This document shows positions 49,246 to 59,045 of a stretch of 64,000 nucleotides of DNA, piece by piece. The position numbers and the translations under genes are program-made. Source of the stretch: a virus; the IMG/VR virus record IMGVR_UViG_3300029324_000094, positions 1 through 64,000 of that record. One strand, written 5' to 3'. Within the stretch, counting starts at the first letter, position 1; the number at the start of each line of letters is the position of its first letter. The notes below the pieces were generated by a model. The model saw nothing but the letters and a program-made list of their open reading frames with translations. It was not told where the DNA came from and made no database searches.

Positions 49246-50105
49246 TCAGGATGTTCGCTTAAGATTCCATAATCAAGTCCTTGTCCATCGTAAATAGCAC
49301 CCGCATCTTCTAACTGCTTGCGGAAACTCGATTCCAAACAGGAAAAACGGTCACAAGGTTCTCTTGGTTTTTCTAAGTCCTCCGATTCCTGCCCCCAGTT
49401 TTCATCCAAATAATCAACATACCCACTGTTGAAAAATGTGCTTCCGTGCATCCAATATTTACGATCTCTACCGCTGTCACTCATATCTTTCAAGAATCGA
49501 TCAACACAACGTCCAATCTGATCGTATCCGATTTTTTGAAGTGCTTTCTTCCTTGATGTTGATACCTGCCCTTTCCCTTTTTTGATTGGATATAACTTCC
49601 AAATAGATTCAAAGAAGTCATCAAGTGATTGTTCATCGTGCAGTTTTTCTGCACTATATATACTATTCTTTTCTTCTCTATTCTTCTCTATTCTATTCTG
49701 GGTATCCAACCGGTTACAAACTGGTATACCAAGCGGTAAAACGTCCGAAGATTCCACGGCATTTCTAAAGGAATATCTGCCATTCGGTTGCACTGTTAGA
49801 TGTGATTTTTCTTCCTGGTAAATCGTTTCCGTGTATCTGTCTTTCCTCAAATAATTATTAATTCTCCAATGCTTGATTACACAGATCCCGTCTGGAAACT
49901 GTATGACAAATGATTTCGCAACAAGCAGATCGTAATCATTCTGATTTGCACCGATGATCTTCATTACCTTTTTAGCGTTGTTCAAAAATCCATCATCATC
50001 AGCTCTCATAGATAGGTGGAAATACAATGCTTGTGTTGATAATGGCATTTCTAAGAAAGCATCTGAATCAACAATTTGTTTGGAGAACATTCTTTTTTCT
50101 GCCAA
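49212..50105 (-). CDS. Replisome organiser protein (Phage_rep_org_N-like)
   Basis: N-terminal LEMPLSTQALYFHLSMRADDDGF. The gene body contains the iteron/palindrome block. Confidence 0.7.
   Translation of the reverse strand: MAEKRMFSKQIVDSDAFLEMPLSTQALYFHLSMRADDDGFLNNAKKVMKIIGANQNDYDLLVAKSFVIQFPDGICVIKHWRINNYLRKDRYTETIYQEEKSHLTVQPNGRYSFRNAVESSDVLPLGIPVCNRLDTQNRIEKNREEKNSIYSAEKLHDEQSLDDFFESIWKLYPIKKGKGQVSTSRKKALQKIGYDQIGRCVDRFLKDMSDSGRDRKYWMHGSTFFNSGYVDYLDENWGQESEDLEKPREPCDRFSCLESSFRKQLEDAGAIYDGQGLDYGILSEHPDWLKKIQESGV
49659..49733. repeat. Ori-like iteron/palindrome block inside the replisome-organiser gene
   Basis: ccAACCGGTtacaAACtGGTatacc preceded by a pyrimidine tract; homologous to 30597..30689. 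Confidence 0.6.
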
Positions 50106-50759
50106 CTATTCCACCTCCCGTTGAAGCAGTTCAATAACTTTTGCTCCCTGTTCAGAGTTACTGCAAAATACGAACTCTACTCCGTACTTCTTCTGCATAG
50201 TTTTACACGCTTTCATGAGCGTTTCGCCTTTAGTTGCGGCAGGATACCTCTGTGTACGCCTATATATTGGATTTCCGCTCTTGTAATGACCAATCACATC
50301 ATCTGTACGCTTCATCACAAAAAGTCTCGGATTTTTCCATCTATAAAGCTCGTCAAGAGATCGGATTGTCCGATTGTAAATATCTTTTGTTCCCGGAATC
50401 AAGCCACCGGCATTCTGTACCAACACATACAGCTTAATTCCGTTGTTCTGAGCCAGTATGCATTCATCGCGGAATCTTGCGTGCTGTTTACCGCAGATAT
50501 CCCCCACAAGTTCCTGAATATCTTTCTTTGTGTCAACAGTCACATTGTACGTTCCGAGGAAATCCATTTTTTTTACCGGAATCCCACGTTCTTTCTTCCG
50601 GTTAATTACATCCGCAACCTTTTCGTTGGCAATAATGTAATCACCACATGGAAGAGGCATAGTCAGGACCTCAATTCCTTGCTTTTGCCAATAATTCTCT
50701 TTGGCAGTATGTTTACCTTTCTGCTGCCCTTTATCGCTAATTAGTATCAGTTTTCTCAC
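50106..50759 (-). CDS. Putative recombination or repair nuclease (restriction-endonuclease-like fold)
   Basis: PLPCGDYII...EK motif; sits between the replication and SSB genes. Confidence 0.3.
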   Translation of the reverse strand: MRKLILISDKGQQKGKHTAKENYWQKQGIEVLTMPLPCGDYIIANEKVADVINRKKERGIPVKKMDFLGTYNVTVDTKKDIQELVGDICGKQHARFRDECILAQNNGIKLYVLVQNAGGLIPGTKDIYNRTIRSLDELYRWKNPRLFVMKRTDDVIGHYKSGNPIYRRTQRYPAATKGETLMKACKTMQKKYGVEFVFCSNSEQGAKVIELLQREVE

Positions 50760-51132
50760 CTGCCTTAAGTTCTTTTCTTCGTAAATATCTCTGATGTTCC
50801 CGCTCCTTTACCGGTATTTTCTTCGGACACCACTGCGGACAGCACGTCACTTTCTGCAAAATCAACCGCATTTCTGGGACGCACAGTCTCTTAAAACCTG
50901 TACCCTTATCTAATTTGACAAGGGTACATTCATTGCATTCGTCACAATGAGGAAGTGATTCTGCCACCTTGCTTCTATAATCCCTCTGCTTCTGCCTATA
51001 AACTTCAGGATTCGCATTCCAGCGTCTTCTCTTAAGAAGAGCATTTACGTTATCAACAATGCAATCCTCATATTGGCATTCATAGCAATTTGGATACGAA
51101 CAGTCCTTTTTTCCAGCCATTCCGCTTCTCAT
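50737..51132 (-). CDS. Cys-rich hypothetical protein
   Basis: 131 aa with multiple Cys pairs (CSYPNCYECQYEDC, CDECNEC, CCPQWC). Confidence 0.35.
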   Translation of the reverse strand: MRSGMAGKKDCSYPNCYECQYEDCIVDNVNALLKRRRWNANPEVYRQKQRDYRSKVAESLPHCDECNECTLVKLDKGTGFKRLCVPEMRLILQKVTCCPQWCPKKIPVKEREHQRYLRRKELKAGEKTDTN

Positions 51133-51286
51133 TCTTTCTCCTTATATATTCTTCACGGCTTATCCCATCCGTCATATTAACGTCCACCCTCTCACCGGCT
51201 AAAGTGCCATTGTATTTGCAATCAGGATATGGACACTGAAAGCAATCGGGATGGCAACAATACTCCGGTCTTACTCCGCTCGACAT
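51080..51286 (-). CDS. Cys-rich small protein
   Basis: CCHPDCFQCPYPDC. Confidence 0.3.
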   Translation of the reverse strand: MSSGVRPEYCCHPDCFQCPYPDCKYNGTLAGERVDVNMTDGISREEYIRRKNEKRNGWKKGLFVSKLL

Positions 51287-51296
51287 TTATTTCTCC

Positions 51297-51722
51297 TTAA
51301 TTAAACGGTAATTCTTCATCCATTCCATCCGGGATACTCATAAACCCGTCTGATGCCGGAATTGATCCACTTCCTGCTGACTGCTGATTCTGCTGATTGG
51401 CTGCTTTGCTTTCTGCAAACTCCTGTTCTTCCACAACTACATCTGTTGTATACACCTTGTTTCCGTCCTTGTTTGTGTAGCTTCCGGTCTGAATACGCCC
51501 TGAGACAGCAACTTGCATTCCTTTGCGGAAATACTTCTCTGTAAATTCAGCCGACCGTCCAAAGACAACACAAGGAATAAAATCCGCTGTCGGCTCTCCA
51601 TCTTTCTTAAATTTTCTGTTTACAGCAAGTGTATATCTTGCAACCGCTGTAGCATTGTCTCCCTGTGAATATCTCACCTGCGGATCTGCTGTCAATCTCC
51701 CCATTAAAACTGTTTTATTCAT
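51297..51722 (-). CDS. ssb: Single-stranded DNA-binding protein
   Basis: OB-fold N-terminus (VLMGRLTADPQVRY), Gln-rich linker and acidic tail DEELPF. Confidence 0.85.
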   Translation of the reverse strand: MNKTVLMGRLTADPQVRYSQGDNATAVARYTLAVNRKFKKDGEPTADFIPCVVFGRSAEFTEKYFRKGMQVAVSGRIQTGSYTNKDGNKVYTTDVVVEEQEFAESKAANQQNQQSAGSGSIPASDGFMSIPDGMDEELPFN

Positions 51723-51909
51723 CTATGTAGTCCTCCTTATTTAAGTAAATAAATAATCATGTTTACGATACTTAAGATTATTGCGAGCAAGAATCCTAAA
51801 AACGGAATTAAAAATCCTTTATTCTCAGTGTCTTTATACATGTAAAAATCAAAAGTCGCTCCCATAGCGTAAAAAATTATTAATAATATTTTGTAAATCA
51901 TTGCTCCTC

Positions 51910-52653
51910 CTAGAATGGCGTAAGCCTAAACTCTTTCTCTGCACGCTTTTCGGCAATCCAAACATTCACATCTGAGTCAACCACACTTCGTATCTCGTCT
52001 TTGAACCGCTGCGGATTGCCGTTTCCTGCACTTAAGTGTATCAAGCCTATACTTCTTAGGCTTTTACTGTTTATGCTCTGTATGAGCCTTTTACACGTTT
52101 GTAATTCCATATGCCCAGTAAGCACATGGGAGAATTTAGCCCCATCTTCTTCTCGGCTGATATAGTCCTCTGAGTAGTTGCACTCAATCAGTCCATAGTT
52201 GATTTCCATTTTTGAGAAATCGTACGGACAATACTCAGCATCCGTAATGAAAAGGATTCTTCCGTCAGGTGAATCAATCAACCATCCGTCACACTCCGTC
52301 TCTCCATGCGGTACACGGAACGGTATCACCGAAAATGAGCCTATCTGATAACGCCTCATACGCTGTAACCCTACAGTCTTTTCGCCCATTACTGTTTCAA
52401 TGTCCGTCTCCACTTCATCGGATGTGTAAATCTTGATACCATACTGCATATACTGCTTGATGTACCCAACATGGTCTTTATGAACGTGACTTACCATGCA
52501 TCCGCTCACCTTGGAAGTCTGATAGTCAATCGTTTTCAGCATATCTTTTGCTGGCACACCGCATTCCAGGAGAAGAACATCTTCCCCTGAAATCAGAGCA
52601 TAACCATTTCCTTTTGAACCGGAGTTAATTGTTTTTACTACCACTAAAAACAC
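51910..52653 (-). CDS. Metallo-beta-lactamase-fold hydrolase
   Basis: HVHKDHVGY motif; next to recT. Confidence 0.6.
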   Translation of the reverse strand: MFLVVVKTINSGSKGNGYALISGEDVLLLECGVPAKDMLKTIDYQTSKVSGCMVSHVHKDHVGYIKQYMQYGIKIYTSDEVETDIETVMGEKTVGLQRMRRYQIGSFSVIPFRVPHGETECDGWLIDSPDGRILFITDAEYCPYDFSKMEINYGLIECNYSEDYISREEDGAKFSHVLTGHMELQTCKRLIQSINSKSLRSIGLIHLSAGNGNPQRFKDEIRSVVDSDVNVWIAEKRAEKEFRLTPF

Positions 52654-52673
52654 CTTTCTTTTCTGATGTCATA

Positions 52674-53129
52674 TCAACCGCCCATATTTGGACAGATGCA
52701 ATCCCATTGATAATTTTCGAAGTGAAGTTCTTCATCTTTCAGAATTCTTCCATCAACAATTTCAATGTCCTGATTGAATTCCATCCCCATTTCAAAACCA
52801 TGAATTTTCATATCAACATGATATTTTTCACATGTTTTCAGGAGTTCATCTGCTGAAATTCCCCATGCAAACTTGGAATCAAAGACTTCAACAAAGGTTT
52901 CATCATCTTCATATTCAGAAAGATAAACTTCTACACCTTTGACAAATCCCCTTCTTGTGTTTTCGATCCAACATGTTTCATTTGAATTAATATCGCCATA
53001 TTCATCCAGCTGCAGCTTTGCTTTTTCTTCACCAAGGAATCCAACTGGACGTAAGCCTTCAAGAATAAATCTCGTCATATTTTCTTTTGTTCCACGAACT
53101 TTCAAACTTCCTTCACACCAATTTGGCAT
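52674..53129 (-). CDS. Hypothetical protein
   Basis: 151 aa ORF. Confidence 0.35.
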   Translation of the reverse strand: MPNWCEGSLKVRGTKENMTRFILEGLRPVGFLGEEKAKLQLDEYGDINSNETCWIENTRRGFVKGVEVYLSEYEDDETFVEVFDSKFAWGISADELLKTCEKYHVDMKIHGFEMGMEFNQDIEIVDGRILKDEELHFENYQWDCICPNMGG

Positions 53130-53144
53130 TTTATATGTACCTCT

Positions 53145-53534
53145 CTACTCACCGAAAAATTCCTTCCTAACATCGACCACTTCATACCTTGCGGCTTTCA
53201 TCCTGAATGGCTTCTTATCGCCTTTACAAATAAATTGCCGACATATTTCTGGTCTGACTGGATAGATTCTGCATTTCTCTTTCAGCTTTGAATCGTCCAT
53301 GAACGGGCAAGCCAGGTCGTAAACCTCTTTAGCTACTGGAAACAAGTGTCTGTAAGGCTTGATATCGTGAGCTTTGATGTACTGCTTAATCGTAATGATT
53401 TCTTTACTGGATAAAGGCAGGCATCTCGAACAGCACGCACCACACTGGCTACATTTTCCATCAACCGTCATGTCATAAGTGCCATTTTTCATACCCTCAA
53501 TGGCATCACTTAACCACTTTGTTTGAGCTGTCAT
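53145..53534 (-). CDS. YkgJ-like Cys-cluster (zinc- or iron-chelating) protein
   Basis: CSQCGACCSRC cluster plus a later CPF...C. Confidence 0.45.
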   Translation of the reverse strand: MTAQTKWLSDAIEGMKNGTYDMTVDGKCSQCGACCSRCLPLSSKEIITIKQYIKAHDIKPYRHLFPVAKEVYDLACPFMDDSKLKEKCRIYPVRPEICRQFICKGDKKPFRMKAARYEVVDVRKEFFGE

Positions 53535-53878
53535 TCTTTTACAATCTCCACTTCATATCCAAGCTCTTTGCAGATTTCAGAAGCGGTCATTTTTCGTACT
53601 TTTTCACGATTCCAAATACAGTTACGTTCATCTGAAAGCATGATGCTAAATTTTCTTAATGCTGGCTTGAAAACTTTCATAATATCAAGGTCAGAATCAT
53701 CCGGCCATGTCATATCACTTTTATGTGGATATCCTCCATCAAGCGACATATAGCCGTTCATTCCAATACCGTATAATTTTCCATCCTGATTGACAATCAA
53801 GTATTTTGTACCATCTCTTGTTTCAACAACCATTCCTGTTTTTAAATCTTTTAATTCCATATCTTTACTCCTTTGCAA
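53531..53878 (-). CDS. Hypothetical protein
   Basis: 115 aa ORF. Confidence 0.35.
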   Translation of the reverse strand: MQRSKDMELKDLKTGMVVETRDGTKYLIVNQDGKLYGIGMNGYMSLDGGYPHKSDMTWPDDSDLDIMKVFKPALRKFSIMLSDERNCIWNREKVRKMTASEICKELGYEVEIVKE

Positions 53879-54893
53879 AATCCGGCGTTTCTACCTCAAC
53901 AGCTTCAGATTCAGCCACTACAGATTCATCTTCCACGGCAAATTCCTGTGAATTTTCGCTTTCCCTAACCTCTTCCTGTGCCGTCTTATATGTTTCATCC
54001 AACTGCAATAAGGAACTGGATGCCATGCTGTTAAGATTCTTCGGAAATTTCTTGATAGCATTGTTACGCATCTTTCGTACAATCATAGCTTCCGGTGTAT
54101 CAAGCCACGCTGCACTGATATATGGCTTTGCAGCTTCACACCGCAAGATATCTTCCAAAGTTTCGCACTCACGGATGGCTGATAAAACTTCCTCTTTCCT
54201 TGCCCTGATCTGTTCTTTCTGTTTTGGAGTAGCTTTATAGCGATTCTCACAAATTCCAAACGTTTCATTCAGCAGATTATTCCTGATATGAGCGATCAGG
54301 TTCGTTCTCACCGGCTCTCTTTCTGCAATCAGATAATCAATCGTTCCATCTTTCAGCTTTACCGGATAAACAACCCTTACCGTCTTGTCTGACAGTCCTT
54401 TAGGAGTCCACTCCGCAGGCTCAATCTCAATTCCACGTCTGCGAGGATATGTAAAATCATCTCCTTCTTTTACGAGCCAAACCGGGTATACGGTGTCAAT
54501 GTTATTTCCGAACTGCCGGAGCAAACTGTCATTTCCGTCTCCCTCAATCCCCATTTCAACAACCTTGCACCACTGACCGCCAATCTGCTTGTTTCTGAGC
54601 TGGAAATACACTTCTCTCGGCATTGCACTGGCGTTTAGCTTAAGACTCGCACACTGAGCCACGACCTCTCTCAGATTGGAAGTGTTGAGATTCCCCATAT
54701 CTGCTTTATCATCATTTTGCACTAACTGGAAGATAGCTCCCATAGCGTTCATTGCACACTGTTTGGAATATTCATCATACTTAACACCATTCTGCTCAAA
54801 ATCCCTTGAGACAAGACCAGTTATGGTATTTGTCCACTGACTCAAACCAGTTGTAAATTCCTGCTTCTGAGCAACTTCATTCTTCTCTGCCAT
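53865..54893 (-). CDS. recT: RecT-family single-strand annealing protein
   Basis: 342 aa; its position in the recombination module next to the MBL-fold hydrolase and SbcC/Rad50-like ATPase fits a RecT-family annealing protein; no motif was checked. Confidence 0.65.
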   Translation of the reverse strand: MAEKNEVAQKQEFTTGLSQWTNTITGLVSRDFEQNGVKYDEYSKQCAMNAMGAIFQLVQNDDKADMGNLNTSNLREVVAQCASLKLNASAMPREVYFQLRNKQIGGQWCKVVEMGIEGDGNDSLLRQFGNNIDTVYPVWLVKEGDDFTYPRRRGIEIEPAEWTPKGLSDKTVRVVYPVKLKDGTIDYLIAEREPVRTNLIAHIRNNLLNETFGICENRYKATPKQKEQIRARKEEVLSAIRECETLEDILRCEAAKPYISAAWLDTPEAMIVRKMRNNAIKKFPKNLNSMASSSLLQLDETYKTAQEEVRESENSQEFAVEDESVVAESEAVEVETPDFAKE

Positions 54894-55120
54894 TACTCTT
54901 CCTCCACTTTCCCATCAATCTTTTTCAGCTTCTCCCGGAAAGGAAGAATTTCCGTCTCTGGAACATCAACCGCAGTTACTACAGCTTTCGCAGTTCCAAT
55001 AGAAACTACTTCTCCCGGCTTCACGATCACATCTGAACCGAACGTGTATTCACGCCCATGCTGAACGCCATCTTTCATATATCTGGCTTTGATATATAAC
55101 ATTAGTCCTACTCCTTTCAT
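54893..55120 (-). CDS. Hypothetical small protein
   Basis: ORF only. Confidence 0.3.
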   Translation of the reverse strand: MKGVGLMLYIKARYMKDGVQHGREYTFGSDVIVKPGEVVSIGTAKAVVTAVDVPETEILPFREKLKKIDGKVEEE

Positions 55121-55410
55121 TCAAACACGTGTCTCAATAACGCCCATATCGCATCAGAAGCATCCATTCTCTTTTCTTTTTCCATAAAAACATCCTTGAG
55201 AACTTCATTTATCTCGCTTGCGATTTCATCATCAGGCTTTCCGCTTGCAAGAATGTTAAACACTTTCTCTCCTGCATCCTCTCCGAACTTATCTGCAAAC
55301 ATTTTTCTTACTCCACGACAAATCCCCTTAAATTCATTCATAGTGTCGTTCAGGAAACCGCTGATTTCTACTGATCCTGTTCCTTTCCCGTTTCTTTCTG
55401 CCTTAATCAT
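55117..55410 (-). CDS. Hypothetical protein
   Basis: 97 aa ORF. Confidence 0.3.
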   Translation of the reverse strand: MIKAERNGKGTGSVEISGFLNDTMNEFKGICRGVRKMFADKFGEDAGEKVFNILASGKPDDEIASEINEVLKDVFMEKEKRMDASDAIWALLRHVFE

Positions 55411-57427
55411 ATTTAACCTCGCTCTCTACTTTTAATTCCTTATCATCGGTTACTGCCAAACAAATCATCTGAGAATCCATTTCCGGCACATTGAAGTCGT
55501 TGATGCTTTCCGCATTATCCACGAAAATAGGGCAACTGACACCGTACAGACTGGATAATGATTGAATAATATCCAATCCTGCAACAATCCGATGCCCGTT
55601 ATTCAAGCTTGAAAGCGGAACGCCATTTACAGTACATTCACAAGTTTCTTTCAGCCCCCCGTTGATCTGATTGTCGAACAGCTTGAATGAAACCAACTTA
55701 AACATTCCGTTGATCTTTTCAGAAATCATTTTCATTTTCGCCCGAATAAAATCCTCCACAAGGTCGATCATCTGTTCCTGTTCTGCAATTTTCTGTCCGA
55801 CTTCTTTCTGCTCTTCCTCCAATTCAGCAATACGCTCTTTCACTTTGGAATTGTCTGCTGCCGCAATCTTTCCAGTAATTTCAGCAATTTCATTTTTTAA
55901 AATATCTCTCCGAGCTTTCAACTCCATCGAAGAAGTATCTTTGCTCATTTCTTCAATCTCTTTTTCAAGTGCCGAGATTTTCTCTGTAGTTGCCTTATAC
56001 TCTGCATTTTCTGAAACATCAGCAACCTTTGGCATTCCGTCTACAGCCTTTTTAACAATCTCGTATTCACTCTGTGCATCTGCCAACTTGGTAGTCAGCT
56101 CATCTTTTTCTTTGATAAGAGATTCTTCCAAGGTTTTAAATTTGTCTCTCGATTTAGCAGCTGACCTTCCATCAGCTTCAATCTGCGAAATCCTTTTAGC
56201 ACGGTTTTCTTCAAACTCTGCCTTATCTTTTTCGTACTTGCTTTCATATGCAGTCTTGCGAGCTTCGTAATCAGCAATACGTTTCTGCTTTACCTCTTCC
56301 GGCAAGTCCTGTCCGCAAGTAGGACAGATAAACGAGCCGTCCGTAAGCGGTTCCAACGGAGTAAGAGCCGGATATGCCTTTGCTTTTTTAGACTTCCATT
56401 CAACCAAAAGCCGATTTTTTTCACGCTCATGATCTTCATACTTTACATGAGCATCCCTGATTTCGCTTTCCTTATTCAATACATCACGCTTGAGATCATT
56501 CAATGTATCCCGCGTTCTTGATAAGTCATTTCGGATATCAGTTGATTCCAAAAGCAACTTCTGATTCTCCGCATTCTGAATTTCTGATAGATGGAATTTG
56601 AGAGTCATGATTTCTTCACGTTTGGAATTAATTTCTTCCAACTTGCTGTTACCGCCTGAGATTTCATCTTCTACTTTCTGCAGAGCTACTTCCTTGGCGG
56701 TTTTCTCAGTCTCCAACGCTCCCACATCCGCAATGACAAGCTGTTTAGACGCTTCATCAATTCTTGCTGGAATCTCAACCATGTCCTTATTAAGTGCATT
56801 TTTTGTCTTCGTGTATTTTTTCAAAATATCGTCTGTGCTTGCAATTCTCAGTTCCGGGATGAGTTTTGCGTACTTCTCGCCAAACGTCTGAGCGATCTCC
56901 GCATCCGGGAATGTTCCAACGAATTTCATCAGGATCTCTCTCTGCTTTTTCCACGGTAATGCATTGAACGCTGCAGGATCGGTAATCAGAGTGAAGATCT
57001 CTTCATCAATGATTCCAGCAATAAATTCCTTGAACTCTTTTTGAGATTTCGGATACCCGTTGATCTCAAACTCATTCACATTCCCCTGAAATTCTGTAAT
57101 GCCTGTTCCACGTTTTTTTACCCATTTCTGTTTCTGAGTCTTTTTCAGATCATATTCATCTCCGCCAACGGAAATCTTCGCTTCAACGGAAATCTCGATA
57201 TTATCAATCATCTTTCCGTCCTTGTCCAACGGTCTGACATCGAAATCTGAATTTCCAAGAGAATCTCTTCCAAACAGTAGCCATTTAAATGAATCAAAGA
57301 TCGTTGTCTTTCCGGTGGCATTTGCACCGAATATTCTTGTCTTTTCACCAAATTCAATATTGCGATCCTTGCATCCTTTAAAGTTCTGAATATGTATGGA
57401 CAGCAACTTAACCTTTTTAATTTCCAC
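55403..57427 (-). CDS. SbcC/Rad50-like SMC-family ATPase with zinc hook
   Basis: Walker A GANATGKTT, long coiled coil, hook CPTCGQ, and C-terminal signature/D-loop (LSSLNNGHRIVAGLDI..VDNAES). Confidence 0.7.
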   Translation of the reverse strand: MEIKKVKLLSIHIQNFKGCKDRNIEFGEKTRIFGANATGKTTIFDSFKWLLFGRDSLGNSDFDVRPLDKDGKMIDNIEISVEAKISVGGDEYDLKKTQKQKWVKKRGTGITEFQGNVNEFEINGYPKSQKEFKEFIAGIIDEEIFTLITDPAAFNALPWKKQREILMKFVGTFPDAEIAQTFGEKYAKLIPELRIASTDDILKKYTKTKNALNKDMVEIPARIDEASKQLVIADVGALETEKTAKEVALQKVEDEISGGNSKLEEINSKREEIMTLKFHLSEIQNAENQKLLLESTDIRNDLSRTRDTLNDLKRDVLNKESEIRDAHVKYEDHEREKNRLLVEWKSKKAKAYPALTPLEPLTDGSFICPTCGQDLPEEVKQKRIADYEARKTAYESKYEKDKAEFEENRAKRISQIEADGRSAAKSRDKFKTLEESLIKEKDELTTKLADAQSEYEIVKKAVDGMPKVADVSENAEYKATTEKISALEKEIEEMSKDTSSMELKARRDILKNEIAEITGKIAAADNSKVKERIAELEEEQKEVGQKIAEQEQMIDLVEDFIRAKMKMISEKINGMFKLVSFKLFDNQINGGLKETCECTVNGVPLSSLNNGHRIVAGLDIIQSLSSLYGVSCPIFVDNAESINDFNVPEMDSQMICLAVTDDKELKVESEVKYD

Positions 57428-57599
57428 CGATTATATCCCCTTTCTTCTTATCTATAATCTTGACTACACGCTCGCCCGAATGCTTCTGAACAATGTGTAG
57501 ATACAAATTATCTTCCAGTAGGTTCATCCATTCTTCCTGGTTTAAACCCACCTTTTCCAGCAGGACCTTATTCTGCCTTGTCAACTTCTTCGGCTGTTT
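57417..57599 (-). CDS. Hypothetical small basic protein
   Basis: Likely start MKQPKKLTRQNK. Confidence 0.3.
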   Translation of the reverse strand, partial: KQPKKLTRQNKVLLEKVGLNQEEWMNLLEDNLYLHIVQKHSGERVVKIIDKKKGDIIGGN

Positions 57600-57786
57600 C
57601 ATCTTCTTCCTCCATTTCAAACAATTTGCAGAGCGTCCTTGCAAAAAGTTCCTGCGAAACAGCGATAAGAGCTTGTCCCGCCGCTGAATCAATGCCACAC
57701 TCGCTATTAGTTATCATATCCGCCGCCGCATCTGCGAACTTTTTGACAAACTCATCAGGCGTAATCGTTATTTTTTCCTTTGCCAT
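57568..57786 (-). CDS. Hypothetical acidic small protein
   Basis: 72 aa ORF. Confidence 0.35.
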   Translation of the reverse strand: MAKEKITITPDEFVKKFADAAADMITNSECGIDSAAGQALIAVSQELFARTLCKLFEMEEEDETAEEVDKAE

Positions 57787-57871
57787 TTTCTTTTTCTCCT
57801 ATTTGTGATATTATTTAATTGGTTTTTGAGCTAAGTGCCTGAGAGGTTGCCGCCTCACTATGGCACTTTTC

Positions 57872-58054
57872 TTATGCATACAATGTCTGCCCGAAAGCCA
57901 CGCAGCATACCATCAGTGCGATCGAAAATCCTATTACAAACCAAAATGCTTTCTCTACGACCTTATCGTAGGCATCCGGCTTCTTTACCGGTTGCTCCAT
58001 CGGTTGTTCCGCCGTTTTTCTCTTTCTGACCTGTACTACTTCCAATTCTTTCAT
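57872..58054 (-). CDS. Small single-TM protein
   Basis: 60 aa with one hydrophobic helix. Confidence 0.3.
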   Translation of the reverse strand: MKELEVVQVRKRKTAEQPMEQPVKKPDAYDKVVEKAFWFVIGFSIALMVCCVAFGQTLYA

Positions 58055-58209
58055 GCCGCAACATCCTCCTTCTTCTTTGTTCCGGAAACCATAAGCGAAA
58101 TATCTAATGTTTCCTTTTTTATGGCTGCATTCAACTCTTCAATAGAGTTAATGCCGACTTCTTTCAGCCTGTCTTCTATAAATCTCCTTTTTTCTTCCAC
58201 ATATTTCTC

Positions 58210-58998
58210 CTACGCAACCTGTTCAATCACCGGAACATAGCCATGCTTCTTCAATTCTTCATATAAGAAGAGTCTGCCTTTCTGTGTCCATTCAGTCTGC
58301 ATCGTAACGTCTGCTCTGCCATCAGCTCTTGTGATGTTGATTGTTTTGCTATGGACATATCCATTATTCTGATGTTTGGAATACAGGACCCATTGACCGC
58401 CGACTTTGTACTGAATCTTTAATTCTTTTAGAATCTGATTCATTTTCCTTCCGCTAAGTCCGTAGTCCTTGGCAATCTGTGTGATAGCTACCAGTGACTT
58501 CGATTGAAGAATCTTGTCTACATAATTTGCTTTCGGCTGTAGCTCGGAAATCAATTTCTGATTTTCAACAGCCTGTTCACCAAGAAACTTGCATTGGTCT
58601 TTCAGAGAGTCTATAGTCTTTTTCGCTTCAATCACCGCAAGTGCAAGTAACTCTTCGCCTTGTGGTGCAAGCTGATAACTTCCATTCTTTCTGATTGCCG
58701 GAAGAACTTCGGATGTAACCCAGTGTTTAAATCTCTTTGCTGATTCCAGCTTACTTCCAAAGATTAATGCGTATAAGCCAGATTCGTTGATTACTGTTAC
58801 TTCCCTTCTCTGACCTGCGTACTCGATTTGGGTACTCAGCTTATCCTCTTCACTTACATGAGTCGGAACTGCATTTTTAGGATTCGCATAACCAAGTGCT
58901 GTTGCCACATCTTTTCCTACAAAATAGGTTTCATTATCAATAGCTACTGTTCGGATATCACCGAACTCTTCTGAATTAAAAATATGTAATTCGTTCAT
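58210..58998 (-). CDS. Antirepressor (Bro-N plus KilA-C domains)
   Basis: N-terminal FGDIRTVAIDNETYFVGKDVATALGY (Bro-N). C-terminal KilAC-like ORF6C region. Confidence 0.7.
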   Translation of the reverse strand: MNELHIFNSEEFGDIRTVAIDNETYFVGKDVATALGYANPKNAVPTHVSEEDKLSTQIEYAGQRREVTVINESGLYALIFGSKLESAKRFKHWVTSEVLPAIRKNGSYQLAPQGEELLALAVIEAKKTIDSLKDQCKFLGEQAVENQKLISELQPKANYVDKILQSKSLVAITQIAKDYGLSGRKMNQILKELKIQYKVGGQWVLYSKHQNNGYVHSKTINITRADGRADVTMQTEWTQKGRLFLYEELKKHGYVPVIEQVA

Positions 58999-59014
58999 TA
59001 CATTTCCTTTCTGT

Positions 59015-59026
59015 GATATAATCCTC
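59015..59026 (+). promoter_or_regulatory. Extended -10 promoter TGTGATATAAT (copy 1)
   Basis: Lies in the duplicated module 58985..59050, directly upstream of plus-strand gene 59046..59288. Confidence 0.4.
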
Positions 59027-59045
59027 CGTGAAAGGAGGCGTTTTC

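Noticed and set aside
57826-57870. Strong hairpin AAGTGCC...GGCACTT followed by a T-rich tract, on the plus strand
   Set aside because: It would terminate plus-strand transcription, but no plus-strand gene lies upstream. Possibly an attenuator, or a minus-strand structured leader. Left unassigned.
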